Source: an uncultured Chloroflexia bacterium
GTDB taxonomy: Bacteria; Chloroflexota; Limnocylindria; Limnocylindrales; CSP1-4
DNA length: 64,000 nt
Direction of reading: 5' to 3'
Assembly: GCA_963707215.1 (NCBI GenBank)
Contig: CAVPPB010000003.1
Coordinates: 448,001-512,000, forward strand
A model generated the notes under the pieces. It saw only the letters and a list, made by a program, of their open reading frames with translations. It had not been told where the DNA came from and ran no database searches. The position numbers and the translations under genes were made by a program. Shown here in pieces: positions 27,995-37,337 of this stretch. How positions within the stretch are numbered: the first letter of the stretch is position 1; each line of letters begins with the position of its first letter.

Positions 27995-28279
27995 TGGACG
28001 GTGCGGGCGTGGTGTCACCGGCCGCGCGGACCGCTGTGCGGGCTCCTGTCTCTGCCAGGTTTCCGCCACCAGTCGCACTACGGCCACCCTAGGCCACGAC
28101 CAGCGGGTCCGACGCGCTGGATCGGGTCGGTCCGAGCGTGGACACAGGTCATCAGCGGATGCCGGTGACTCCCCACCGACGATGACGCAGCTCCCAGCGG
28201 CATCTCGCAGGGCGGGGTCGCTGGGGACGGACGGCGGGTGCGCGGACGGAGCGCGGGGATGGCCGGCCCCTCCGCTGCC

Positions 28280-29263
28280 TCAGTAGGCGGCGAGCTTGCG
28301 GATCGCCTCTGCGATGCGCTCCGGGCTGACCATGAACCAGGCCTCGAGGCCGTGGTTGTAGGGCATCGCCGGGACGTCGGGGCCGGCGACCCGGGTCACC
28401 GGCCCGTCGAGGTACTCGAAGGCCTCTTCGGCGACGATCGCCGCGACCTCGGCGCCGTAGCCGCCGAATCGGTTGTCTTCGTACACGATGAGGCACTTGC
28501 CGGTCTTGCGGACCGAGCCGAGCAGCGTCTCGCGGTCGAGCGGTCGCAGGGTCCGCAGGTCGACCACCTCGACGTCGATCCCCTCCTCGGCGACCCGGTC
28601 GGCCGCCTCGAGAGCGTAGTGGACCATCAGGCCGTAGGCGACGACGGTCACCCGTCCGCCGGCCCGGGGGATGGCCGCCCGGCCCAACGGCACGACGTAG
28701 TCGCCATCCGGCACCTCGCCCCGGACGCTCCGGTAGAGCTTCTTGTGCTCGAAGTACAGGACCGGATCATCGTCTCGGATCGCAGCCCGCAGCAGGCCCT
28801 TGGCATCGTGCGGCGTCGACGGGATGACGACCTTCAGCCCCGGCACGTGGGTGAAGAACGCCTCGACCGACTGGCTGTGGTAGAGCGCCCCGTGGACCCC
28901 GCCGCCGTAGGGTGCCCGGATGGTGATCGGCACGCCGATCCCGTTGTTGGTCCGATAGCGCATCCGGGCGGCCTCGGACACGATCTGGTTGAAGGCCGGG
29001 AAGATGAAGTCGGCGAACTGGATCTCGGCGACCGGACGCAGACCGTTGACCGACGCGCCGATGGCCGTCCCGACGATCATCGACTCGGTCAACGGCGTGT
29101 CGATGACCCGGTCGTCGCCGAACTCGGCCCACAGCCCGTCGGTGGCCAGGAAGACGCCGCCCTTCTTCCCGACGTCCTCGCCCAGGACGATGACCGACTC
29201 GTCGTGGCGCATCTCCTCGGCCATGGCGTCGCGGATGGCCTCGATGTACGTCCGGACGGCCAT
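28280..29263 (-). CDS. 2-oxoacid dehydrogenase E1 beta subunit (branched-chain type)
   Basis: GEDVGKKGGVF, DTPLTES, EIQFADF and GALYHSQS. Confidence 0.95.
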   Translation of the reverse strand: MAVRTYIEAIRDAMAEEMRHDESVIVLGEDVGKKGGVFLATDGLWAEFGDDRVIDTPLTESMIVGTAIGASVNGLRPVAEIQFADFIFPAFNQIVSEAARMRYRTNNGIGVPITIRAPYGGGVHGALYHSQSVEAFFTHVPGLKVVIPSTPHDAKGLLRAAIRDDDPVLYFEHKKLYRSVRGEVPDGDYVVPLGRAAIPRAGGRVTVVAYGLMVHYALEAADRVAEEGIDVEVVDLRTLRPLDRETLLGSVRKTGKCLIVYEDNRFGGYGAEVAAIVAEEAFEYLDGPVTRVAGPDVPAMPYNHGLEAWFMVSPERIAEAIRKLAAY

Positions 29264-30321
29264 CAGCCGGCGCCCCCGCTCGTTCGCCATGGCGGCGTCC
29301 AGTCGGCCGGCCCCTCGTCCGCGTACACCCACCAGGCAGCGCTCTCGGGCGCCGGCTCGGGCTGCGCCTGGGCCCAGTCGGTGGCGTCGTCGACGGCCGC
29401 CCGGACCTCGGTCGCGATCGTCGCCTCGAGCTCGTCGACCAGGACGCCGCCCGCGCGCAGCTGATGGCGGAACCGAGGCAGCGGATCGAGCGATCGCTCC
29501 TCGGCCAGCTCCTCGGCGCTGCGGTACTTCGTCTGCTGGTCGTCGGAGGAGTGGGCCGTCAGGCGGGCGACCTTCGCCTCGAGGATCGTGGGGCCCTCCC
29601 CCGCCCGGGCCCGCTCGACCGCCTCGCGAGCCGCCGCATACGAGGCGAGCACGTCGGTCCCGTCGACCACCACGCCCGGGATGCCGTAGCCGGACGCGCG
29701 GGAGGCGACGTCGGGCACCGAGAGCTCCTTCTCGGCCGGCACGCTGATGGCGTAGCCGTTGTTCTCGATGACGAGGATGAAGGGCAGCCGGTGGATGGCC
29801 GCGAAGTTGAGGCCCTCGTGGACGTCGCCCTGGTTGCTGCTCCCCTCCCCCATGATCGCCACCGCCACCTGGTCGGTCCGCCGGACCTTGGCCGCCAGGG
29901 CGATCCCGACCGCATGCAGGATCTGGGTCCCGACCGGCGAACTGACCGACAGGAGGTGACGGTCCGGATGCCCGTAGTGGCCCGGCATCTGGCGGCCACC
30001 ACCCGACGGATCGGCGGCCTTGGCCAGCTGGGTCAGCATGATCTCTCGGGCGGTCATGCCCATCGCCAGGCAGGTCGCGATCGAGCGGTAGAACGGGGCC
30101 ACCCAGTCATGGTCGCGGCGCAGCGCCCGGGCGATCCCCGCCTGGGCGCCTTCGTGACCCTGGCCGCTGATGACGAAGGGGGCCTGGCCGGCCCGGTTGA
30201 GCACCCACATCCGCTCGTCGAGCGCCCGGGCCAGGGCCATCAACCGGTAGAGGTCGAGCAGGTCGCCCGGAGCGAGGTCCGCCGCCTCGCCGGGTCGGTC
30301 CGGTCGCCCAGCCGTGGCCAT
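29263..30321 (-). CDS. 2-oxoacid dehydrogenase E1 alpha subunit (BkdAA-like)
   Basis: PFVISGQGHE, GRQMPGHY, TPP motif GEGSSNQGD...ENN, and HSSDD. Confidence 0.93.
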   Translation of the reverse strand: MATAGRPDRPGEAADLAPGDLLDLYRLMALARALDERMWVLNRAGQAPFVISGQGHEGAQAGIARALRRDHDWVAPFYRSIATCLAMGMTAREIMLTQLAKAADPSGGGRQMPGHYGHPDRHLLSVSSPVGTQILHAVGIALAAKVRRTDQVAVAIMGEGSSNQGDVHEGLNFAAIHRLPFILVIENNGYAISVPAEKELSVPDVASRASGYGIPGVVVDGTDVLASYAAAREAVERARAGEGPTILEAKVARLTAHSSDDQQTKYRSAEELAEERSLDPLPRFRHQLRAGGVLVDELEATIATEVRAAVDDATDWAQAQPEPAPESAAWWVYADEGPADWTPPWRTSGGAG

Positions 30322-30353
30322 GGGCCCCTCCTTGCTCGTCCCCTCGTCCGCGA

Positions 30354-31799
30354 TCAGAAGTTGATCGACCGCCCGTCGACGGCCATCGCCGCCTCGCCGA
30401 CGATCTCCGAGAGCGTCGGATGGGGATGGGTCGTCGCGCCGATCTCCTCGGGCGTGGCCTCTAGGTAGAGGGCCAGGGACGACTCAGCGATGAGGTCCGT
30501 CGCGTGCGGGCCGACGATGTGGACGCCGAGGGTGTCGCCGCTCTCCGGGTCGCCGATCACCTTGCAGAAGCCCTCGTACTCGCCGCCGATGATGGCCTTG
30601 GCGATCGCCTGGAATGGGACCTTGCCTACCTTGTAGGCACGGCCCTGCTCCTGGCACTCGCGCTCGGTCAGCCCGACCGATGCGATCTCCGGCCGGCAGT
30701 ACGTCGCCCGCGGCTGGGCCGTGTAGTCCATCCCGTGGACGTCACGATCGCCGGCGATCGTATGGGCGGCGATGATGCCCTCGTGGGCGGCCGTGTGAGC
30801 CAGCCACAGCCCGCCGACGATGTCGCCGATGGCGTAGAGATGCGGCTCGCGGGTCCGCAGGTGATCGTCGACCTTCACGATGCCCTTCTCGACGACGGCC
30901 CGGGTGGTCTCGAGGCCGACGTCCTCGACGTTGGCGGCACGGCCGGTGGCCACGAGCAGCCGATCAGCGGTGAGCGCCTCGGGCTCCTTGCCCTCCGGGC
31001 CGACCCTGACGGTGACCCCGTCCTTGTCGACCTCGACCGCGGCTGGGTCGAACCGGGCGTCGGTGACGACCCCGATGCCCCGCTTCTCGAAGCTGCGCTT
31101 GAGCACCGCGCTGACCTCGTCGTCCTCGAGCGGGACGATCCGCGGCAGGTACTCGAGCAGGGTCACCTTGACCCCGAGGTCGTGGTAGAGCGAGGCGAAC
31201 TCGACGCCGACGGCGCCCGGCCCCGACGACGATGATGCTGCGCCGGCAGGCTGTCCTCGCGGAGGCAGTCGTCCGAGGTCACGATCCGTTCGCCGTCGGG
31301 CTGGAGCCCGGCAGCGACTTCGCCCGCGAGCCGGTCGCCAGGATCACGTCCGTCGCCTCCAGCACCCGCTCGCCGCCGGCGCCCGGCGTCCCGTCCTCGC
31401 CGTGGAGGGCCGACCCGGACCCTGGTCGGTCCGTCGAGCCGACCTCGGCCCGCTACCCAGGTCACGTCGTTCTTCTTGACGAGCGATCTGGACGCCGTTC
31501 CACATCCGGTTCACGACCTGGTCGCGTCGCTTGGCGATCACCGCGTAGTCGACGGTCGGCTCGCCATCGACGCCGACCCCGAAGTCGCCGGCGTGGCGGA
31601 CCCGATCGGCGACCGCGGCCGACTCGAGCAGGGCCTTCGTCGGGATGCAGCCGCGATGGAGGCAGGTGCCGCCGATCTTGTCCTCGTCGACGAGGGCGAC
31701 ACGCAGGCCGAGCTGGGCGGCCCGGAAGGCGGCCGAGTAGCCGCCGGTGCCGGCACCGAGGACGACGACGTCGTAGGAGTTGGACGAGCCGACGGCCAT
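30354..31799 (-). CDS. lpdA: Dihydrolipoyl dehydrogenase E3, with about 5 single-base frameshifts at ~31215-31495 (probably sequencing errors)
   Basis: GAGTGG and GGTCLHRGCIPTK in ORF 31344..31817; HPHPTLSE in ORF 30354..31166. The intervening sequence can be rebuilt across frames. Confidence 0.9.
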
Positions 31800-32026
31800 G
31801 GTCAGCGAGCCTCGCACCGGGTGCCGACCGACGGCCGGCGGGGGATGGGGAGCATCCGCCCGATGGTACGGCCGGCCCCGGGCCGGCGCAAACCTGCGCC
31901 GGGCCGGGGCCGAGAGGTGGCGCCGACGGCCCCACCCCCGCCCGCGGTCTTGGGCGGTCGATCGGCCGATGCTATCCTCGGCCGGCCCGCTGCCGGCGGG
32001 CCCGTCGCTGGACCGAGCCGAGACCG

Positions 32027-32680
32027 ATGGACCTCCCGACGCTCCTGCGCGATGCCCTGCTCGTCGTGGTCGCGTACCTGGTGGGATCGATCCCGGTCGG
32101 CGTCCTGGTGGCCCGTGCCGCCGGCGGACCGGATCCGCGGACGATCGGCTCGGGTAGGACCGGCGGGACCAACGCCCTCCGCGCCCTCGGTCGACGCTGG
32201 GCCATGGTCGTCGTGATCGGCGATCTCGCCAAGGGCGCCCTGCCGGTCCTTCTCGCTCGGGCGGTCACCGACGACCCGGTCATCGAATCGATCTGCGGCC
32301 TGGCCGCCGTCATCGGGGCGGTCCGCTCCATCTACCTGCGCTTCGCCGGCGGCCGTGGCGTCGGGGCGGGCGTCGGGACGATGCTCGTCATCCAGCCGCT
32401 CGCCGTGCTCCTTGCGGCACCCGTGTTCGTGGGCGCCGTGGTCCTGTCCGGCTACGTCTCGCTCGGCTCGCTGCTTGGTTCGGCCGCCATGATCCCGGCG
32501 ACCGTCCTCCTGTGGTTCATCTCGGGTGGATCGGTCCCGATCGTCTACATCGCCTACGTCACGGCTGGCGTCGCCATCATCTGGCTGGCCCACGCCGACA
32601 ACATCAGTCGCCTCCGCCACGGCGAAGAGCGCAAGCTCGACGTGGGACTCCTGGCAGGCCGGCACCGACCCGGGTCCTGA
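32027..32680 (+). CDS. plsY: Glycerol-3-phosphate acyltransferase PlsY
   Basis: YLVGSIP, GSGRTGGTN, DLAKG, FAGGRGVG and HADNISRL..GEE. Confidence 0.93.
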   Translation: MDLPTLLRDALLVVVAYLVGSIPVGVLVARAAGGPDPRTIGSGRTGGTNALRALGRRWAMVVVIGDLAKGALPVLLARAVTDDPVIESICGLAAVIGAVRSIYLRFAGGRGVGAGVGTMLVIQPLAVLLAAPVFVGAVVLSGYVSLGSLLGSAAMIPATVLLWFISGGSVPIVYIAYVTAGVAIIWLAHADNISRLRHGEERKLDVGLLAGRHRPGS

Positions 32681-32741
32681 AGCACGGAGGAGCGCCCCGT
32701 GAAACGCTCGGCAGGGTCGTCGGATCCGCCCGGGAACGGCA

Positions 32742-32770
32742 CGAGGCCCGGGCACTGGGCCCGGGCCTCG
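32742..32770. terminator. 12-bp stem-loop between convergent genes
   Basis: CGAGGCCCGGGC-actgg-GCCCGGGCCTCG. Confidence 0.55.
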
Positions 32771-32792
32771 GTGATGGGTCGCGGGGAGCGGC

Positions 32793-33158
32793 TCAGGCGC
32801 CGCGCATCGACCGGAAGCAGTCGGAGCAGTACACCGGCTTGCCGTTGGTCGGCTTGAAGGGCAGGCGCGCCTCGTTGCCGCAGTTCGAGCAGGTCGCGGT
32901 ATAGGTCGGCCGCGGGCCGCGGTCGCTGTATCCGCCGCTCGAGTAGCCGCCGCCGGCAGAGTAGCCGCCGCCGGCAGAGTAGCCGCCGCCGGCAGAGTAG
33001 CCGCCGCCGGAGTCGCGCTGGGCCTTGCGGGCGGCCCGGCAGCTGGGGCACCGACGAGGCTCGGAAAAGCCGCGCTCGGCGTAGAACGCCTGATCCCGCT
33101 CGGTGAAGACGAACGACTGGCTGCAGTCGCTGCAGGTCAGGGTGCGGTCCTGGTACAC
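32793..33158 (-). CDS. Zinc-ribbon plus CxxC-x17-CxxC domain protein with Gly/Tyr/Ser-rich linker
   Basis: CSDC...F..RGF..PRRCPSC, then CSNC...PFKP...PVYCSDCF; SD AGAGGAG. Confidence 0.92.
   Translation of the reverse strand: MYQDRTLTCSDCSQSFVFTERDQAFYAERGFSEPRRCPSCRAARKAQRDSGGGYSAGGGYSAGGGYSAGGGYSSGGYSDRGPRPTYTATCSNCGNEARLPFKPTNGKPVYCSDCFRSMRGA
32941..33010 (-). repeat. 18-bp coding tandem repeat (GGGYSA), about 4 copies
   Basis: GAGTAGCCGCCGCCGGCA at 32941, 32959 and 32977, partial at 32995. Confidence 0.9.
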
Positions 33159-33343
33159 GAAAACTCCTCTACTCGGTAGCCGCGATCCGCTCGTTTTCTC
33201 GCGATCACCGTGAGAGGAGCCGAGTGCGTCGACAGGCTAGCCATTCCTGACCGCGGGCGTTTCCCGCGGCGTGCAGCGGAGCATACGGCGCCGTCGTGGC
33301 CTGCACAAGTGGTTTCCTGCCCGTCCGATGGTCCGGTCCTGGG

Positions 33344-33583
33344 TCAGGATCGACGGGTCGCCGCTCGCCAGAGGACCGATGCGGTCCCGACGACCAGCAC
33401 GATGATGGCCAGCGGGGTATCGAGGACGACGCTCCGGAGGTCGCCGGGCAGCAGATCCGTCAGCAGGGCCGCCCCGAGGACGACCGCCACCACGAGCAGC
33501 CCCACGAGGAGGACCTCGGGCCACCCGGGCGCCCGACCCGTGGCGTCGGCGGGCCGGCCATCGTCACCAGGAGCCTGGCTCAC
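33344..33583 (-). CDS. Small 2-TM membrane protein
   Basis: Two hydrophobic helices; GTGA coupling with nnrE. Confidence 0.7.
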   Translation of the reverse strand: MSQAPGDDGRPADATGRAPGWPEVLLVGLLVVAVVLGAALLTDLLPGDLRSVVLDTPLAIIVLVVGTASVLWRAATRRS

Positions 33584-34395
33584 GTCCGATCGGCCTCGGT
33601 CGGGACCCCGATCGGCGCGACGAGCACGCGACCGGCAAGCGCCCGGCCGACCCTCGTCTGCAGGCCGGTCTTGGGACGGTGGAAGGTGATCGTCAGGTCG
33701 GCCCGGACCACCGGGTCGGATGCCTCGCCCGACGAGAGGTCGACGGCGGTGGGAGTGTCGACGGCGGCGATCGGGACCCCGGCTTCGCGAGCTCGACCGA
33801 TGAGCTCCACCGCGCTGCGGATCGGTTCGCGCAGGACGCCCCGCACGCCCGTCCCGAGGAGCGCATCGACGACCACTGACGATCGTTCGACGCCCTGCGA
33901 CAGGATGGCGACGTCACGGGCCACCGGGGCGTGGATCCGGGCCACCCGGGGAACCGCGGCAAGGCGCTCCCAGTTCCGGATCGCGTCCGGCGTGGTGGGG
34001 CGTGCCTCGGTCGCCACGAGGACCGCGGCGACGTCGATCCCTCCCCGGGCGAGGACCCGGGCAGCGACGAGACCGTCGCCGCCGTTGTTGCCGGGCCCGC
34101 AGAGGATGAGGATCGGCCCCCTGCCGAGTCGTCCGGTGGCCTCCGCCAATGCCCGGACCGCCGCCGCGACGGCGGTCCCCGCGTGCTCCATCAGCCGCTC
34201 GCCCGGGACCCCGAGAGCCTGGGCGCGCCGATCGGCCCCGGTCATCCCCTCGGCCGAGATGGGTGCCCTGGCCGCAGCCTCGGCCCAGCGCCGACGAAGG
34301 GCGCCCAGGTCGAGCCGCAGCAGCTCGGGATCGTCGGCAGGGAGCGGGGCGGGTCCGGACGCTGAGTCCCGGTCCGGGTCGGAGTGCTCGGGCAT
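33580..34395 (-). CDS. nnrE: NAD(P)HX epimerase (stand-alone YjeF_N)
   Basis: LMEHAG, CGPGNNGGDG, DALLGTG, AVDTPT and TITF. Confidence 0.9.
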   Translation of the reverse strand: MPEHSDPDRDSASGPAPLPADDPELLRLDLGALRRRWAEAAARAPISAEGMTGADRRAQALGVPGERLMEHAGTAVAAAVRALAEATGRLGRGPILILCGPGNNGGDGLVAARVLARGGIDVAAVLVATEARPTTPDAIRNWERLAAVPRVARIHAPVARDVAILSQGVERSSVVVDALLGTGVRGVLREPIRSAVELIGRAREAGVPIAAVDTPTAVDLSSGEASDPVVRADLTITFHRPKTGLQTRVGRALAGRVLVAPIGVPTEADRT

Positions 34396-34427
34396 CGGGC
34401 ACAGCGTATCGCGTGCCGCAGGTGGGC

Positions 34428-35438
34428 TCACCGGGAGCTCGTCGGCAGGCGGACGACGAGCGGCTCGCCATGCCTCCGCTCGACGAGCCCGTCCCGAGCG
34501 AGCCCCTCGAGGGCCGACTCGACGGCAGCCGGGGGATGCTCGCCGATCGGCCCGCTGAGCCGCGCCCACTCGCCGTCCGGCAGGTCGCGCAACCGGTCGA
34601 CGATCCTCCCCCGCAGCCAGCGGTTGGAGCTGCGGAAGGGCACGGCGCCCTCCCGTGCAGCCGACGCTCGGCCGCGCACTGGTCGCTCCGGCCCGCCCGA
34701 CGCCCGATCGGCCTGGTCGGCTCCGGTGGCCGCCGTCCGACACCAGGGCCGGAGCGGGCAGCCCGGGCAGTCGGGCGCGGTGGACCGGCAGACCCTGGCC
34801 CCGAGATCCATCATCGCGTGCGTCCAGGCGCCGGGTCGCTCAGGAGGGACCAGCAGGTCCGCGAGCGCCTGCAGGCGACGGGGCGACGGGGCCGTCCCGG
34901 GACCGACGAGCCGGGAGATGACCCGGCGGACGTTCGTATCGACGGCCCCGACGGGTGAGCCATAGGCGATCGCGGCGATCGCCCGGGCCGTGTACGGACC
35001 GACGCCCGGAAGGCGCTCCAGCTCAAGGACCGTCGAGGGCACCCGGCCGCCGTGCTCGTCGACGATCGCGCTGGCAGCTTGCTGGAGGGCCAGGGCCCGG
35101 CGGTTGTAGCCCAGGCCGCGCCAGGCCCGAAGGACCTCGGCCGGCGATGCCGCAGCAAGCGTGGCCGGATCGGGGAAGCGGATCATGAAGGCGACCCAGG
35201 CTTCGCCGGCACGGGCGGCCTGCGTCTGCTGGGCCATCGCCTCCGATACCAGGACCGCCCACGGGTCGGCCGTCCCACGGAACGGCAGCGCTCGGTCGTC
35301 GGGCCGGTGCCAGCCCAGCAGTGCCCGACGGATGGGAACGACGGCCAGGGCGTCTCCAGCGGCGGTGTCGCCACCCGCGCGGGACGACATCGGCCGGAGG
35401 CCGGACGGCGACCGCGGCACGGCACGTCGGGCAGGCAT
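34428..35438 (-). CDS. mutY: A/G-specific adenine glycosylase (short form, no Nudix-like C-terminal domain)
   Basis: VSEAMAQQT, WRGLGYNRRA, LPGVGPYTA, VDTNV and the C-x6-C-x2-C-x5-C Fe-S motif. Alternative start at 35390. Confidence 0.9.
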   Translation of the reverse strand: MPARRAVPRSPSGLRPMSSRAGGDTAAGDALAVVPIRRALLGWHRPDDRALPFRGTADPWAVLVSEAMAQQTQAARAGEAWVAFMIRFPDPATLAAASPAEVLRAWRGLGYNRRALALQQAASAIVDEHGGRVPSTVLELERLPGVGPYTARAIAAIAYGSPVGAVDTNVRRVISRLVGPGTAPSPRRLQALADLLVPPERPGAWTHAMMDLGARVCRSTAPDCPGCPLRPWCRTAATGADQADRASGGPERPVRGRASAAREGAVPFRSSNRWLRGRIVDRLRDLPDGEWARLSGPIGEHPPAAVESALEGLARDGLVERRHGEPLVVRLPTSSR

Positions 35439-35489
35439 CGCGGTCGAGCCTAGCAGGTACCCTGCTGTCCACAGCGGGAGGGCGATGAG

Positions 35490-36407
35490 ATGCGATTCGG
35501 GGCCGCGTTCTGGGTCCAGCGGACCGACTGGCCGAGCCTGCGCGATGCGGTGCTCGAGGCCGAGGCGGCCGGCTTCGATTCCCTCTGGATCGACGACCAC
35601 CTCCTGTGCGATGAGGGCGACTGGACCTCGGGCAAGCTCGAGGGCTGGGGCGTCGCCTCGGCACTCGCTTCCCTGACCGCGCGGGCCACGATCGGGCACC
35701 TCGTCGTGGCCAACACCTTCCGCAACCCCGGGATCACGGCCAAGCAGGCCGTGACCCTCGACCACCTGAGCGGCGGGCGAGCCGTGCTGGGCATCGGCGG
35801 CGCCTGGTTCGAGCGCGAGCACGAGGCATTCGGGATCGAATTCGGGAGCGGCTTCGGCGAGCGGCTCGATCGGCTCGCCGAGGCGGTCGAGATCATCAGC
35901 CGGCTCCTGGCCGGCGAGCGCCTCCACTACGACGGACGCTTCTACTTGATGCGAGACGCCCTCTGCGCGCCCGGTCCGATCCAGCCGAAGCTGCCTATCC
36001 TCATCGGTGGTTCCGGACCGAGGAAGACGCTGCCGCTGGTCGCTCGCTATGCCGACCTCTGGAACGCCTATGGCACGCCTGCCGAGCTGGCCGCGAAGGA
36101 CGCTCTGCTGCAGGAACGGTGCGCCGACATCGGGCGGGATCCATCCACGATCGAGCGCATGGTCAACCACAACGTCGTGATCCGCGACGATCCGGCCTCG
36201 GCGGAGGCCGCCTGGGACGAGTGGGTGCGGACCGGGGTCGATGCCGAGGAGCGCGTCCTCATCGGCGGTCCCCCCGTCCGCATCGCGGAGGCCCTCCGTC
36301 CGTACGTCGAGGTCGGCTTCGACCACGTCGTCTGGATCCTCCGCTCCCCTTGGGACCTGGAGACGATCCGTCGCCTGCCAGAGGTCCGGGCCGCCCTCGA
36401 GCCCTGA
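35490..36407 (+). CDS. LLM-class (probably F420-dependent) oxidoreductase
   Basis: GFDSLWIDDH, NTFRNP, LDHLSGGR..LGIG and ILIGGSG...ARYADLWN. Confidence 0.9.
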   Translation: MRFGAAFWVQRTDWPSLRDAVLEAEAAGFDSLWIDDHLLCDEGDWTSGKLEGWGVASALASLTARATIGHLVVANTFRNPGITAKQAVTLDHLSGGRAVLGIGGAWFEREHEAFGIEFGSGFGERLDRLAEAVEIISRLLAGERLHYDGRFYLMRDALCAPGPIQPKLPILIGGSGPRKTLPLVARYADLWNAYGTPAELAAKDALLQERCADIGRDPSTIERMVNHNVVIRDDPASAEAAWDEWVRTGVDAEERVLIGGPPVRIAEALRPYVEVGFDHVVWILRSPWDLETIRRLPEVRAALEP

Positions 36408-36551
36408 CGAGCCGCGCGATCTCACGCGGCGGTGCGCCCACGCACCGCCCGCCGGATGCCCCGTCGCCGCCGGGCCATCGGTCCCGGGACGGCGGGCCGT
36501 CCGGCCCGGCCCTACGGGACCCCTCGGCAGCATCCCGCTCCGGTGGTTGCG

Positions 36552-36591
36552 GTGAAGATTTCGAGCGATTTGACGCGCTTGAGCGGGTCGA
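36552..36591 (+). promoter_or_regulatory. Array of five (T/G)(T/C)GA-N5 direct repeats at exact 9-bp period (candidate operator)
   Basis: GTGA 36552, TCGA 36561, TTGA 36570, TTGA 36579 and TCGA 36588, just upstream of SD GGAGG (36611). Confidence 0.5.
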
Positions 36592-36620
36592 CCGCTCGGC
36601 GGACCGACGCGGAGGCAGCC

Positions 36621-37337
36621 TTGGCGCCGACCGGCCAGCATCCCGCCACCCCCGATCAATGGCTGTCCATCCGCGAGGCGGCCGACCTGATCGGCGTCTC
36701 GCCGGCCACCCTGCGACGCTGGAGCGACGCTGGGGAGATCGAGGCCTTCACGACCCCCGGCGGCCACCGCCGCTTCTCGCGCCGAGCCGTCGAGGCGATG
36801 CTCCCGGCGGCCGAGGGCACCCGGTCTGTCCGCGAGATGGGCGTCACCCCAGAACGACTGGCGCGGATCTACCACCGCCTGGCCAACCGCATGGTCGCCG
36901 ACACACCCTGGGCAAGGGCACTCGACAGCGCGCAGCGAGGGCCCTACCGCGAGCATGGCCGGCGGATCGGCAGCGCGCTCGTCTACTACCTCGATGCTCC
37001 CGACGAAGTGTCGCGGGAGGCGGCCATCGTCATCGCCGAAGAGGCCTGTCGCGAGTACGGCCGGCTGGCGGCCGAGGACGGTTCCGGCCTCGCCGAAGCG
37101 ATCGAGCTGTTCATGCGCTTCCGGATGGTCTTCCTCCGGGAGATGACCTCGCTGGCCCGGCGACACGCCCTCGACATCGTCGAGGCGACGAGCCTCCTCG
37201 AGTCCACCCACCGAGCCTTCGATCGCCTGCTCCATGCGATCCTCGTCGCCTACCAGGCGAACGCGTCCCCGGCCATCGCGGCCTCGCCCACGGACGAGCC
37301 CAGCGTCCCGGCCTCGAACGGGCGGGGTCCGCGATGA
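36621..37337 (+). CDS. Excisionase/BldC/MerR-like HTH regulator with C-terminal globin-like helical sensor domain
   Basis: WLSIREAADLIGVSPATLRRW...TPGGHRRF; all-helical C domain (YGRLAAEDG..LAEAIELF). TTG start with GGAGG 5 nt upstream. Confidence 0.8.
   Translation: MAPTGQHPATPDQWLSIREAADLIGVSPATLRRWSDAGEIEAFTTPGGHRRFSRRAVEAMLPAAEGTRSVREMGVTPERLARIYHRLANRMVADTPWARALDSAQRGPYREHGRRIGSALVYYLDAPDEVSREAAIVIAEEACREYGRLAAEDGSGLAEAIELFMRFRMVFLREMTSLARRHALDIVEATSLLESTHRAFDRLLHAILVAYQANASPAIAASPTDEPSVPASNGRGPR

Noticed and set aside
31200-31500. Programmed frameshifting or true pseudogenisation of lpdA
   Set aside because: Several scattered indels without slippery sites, in an enzyme the intact operon needs. 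Sequencing error is more likely.
36621-36800. Excisionase-like HTH as evidence of a prophage or ICE
   Set aside because: It is fused to a sensor-like domain and coupled to hemA; no mobile-element genes are nearby.
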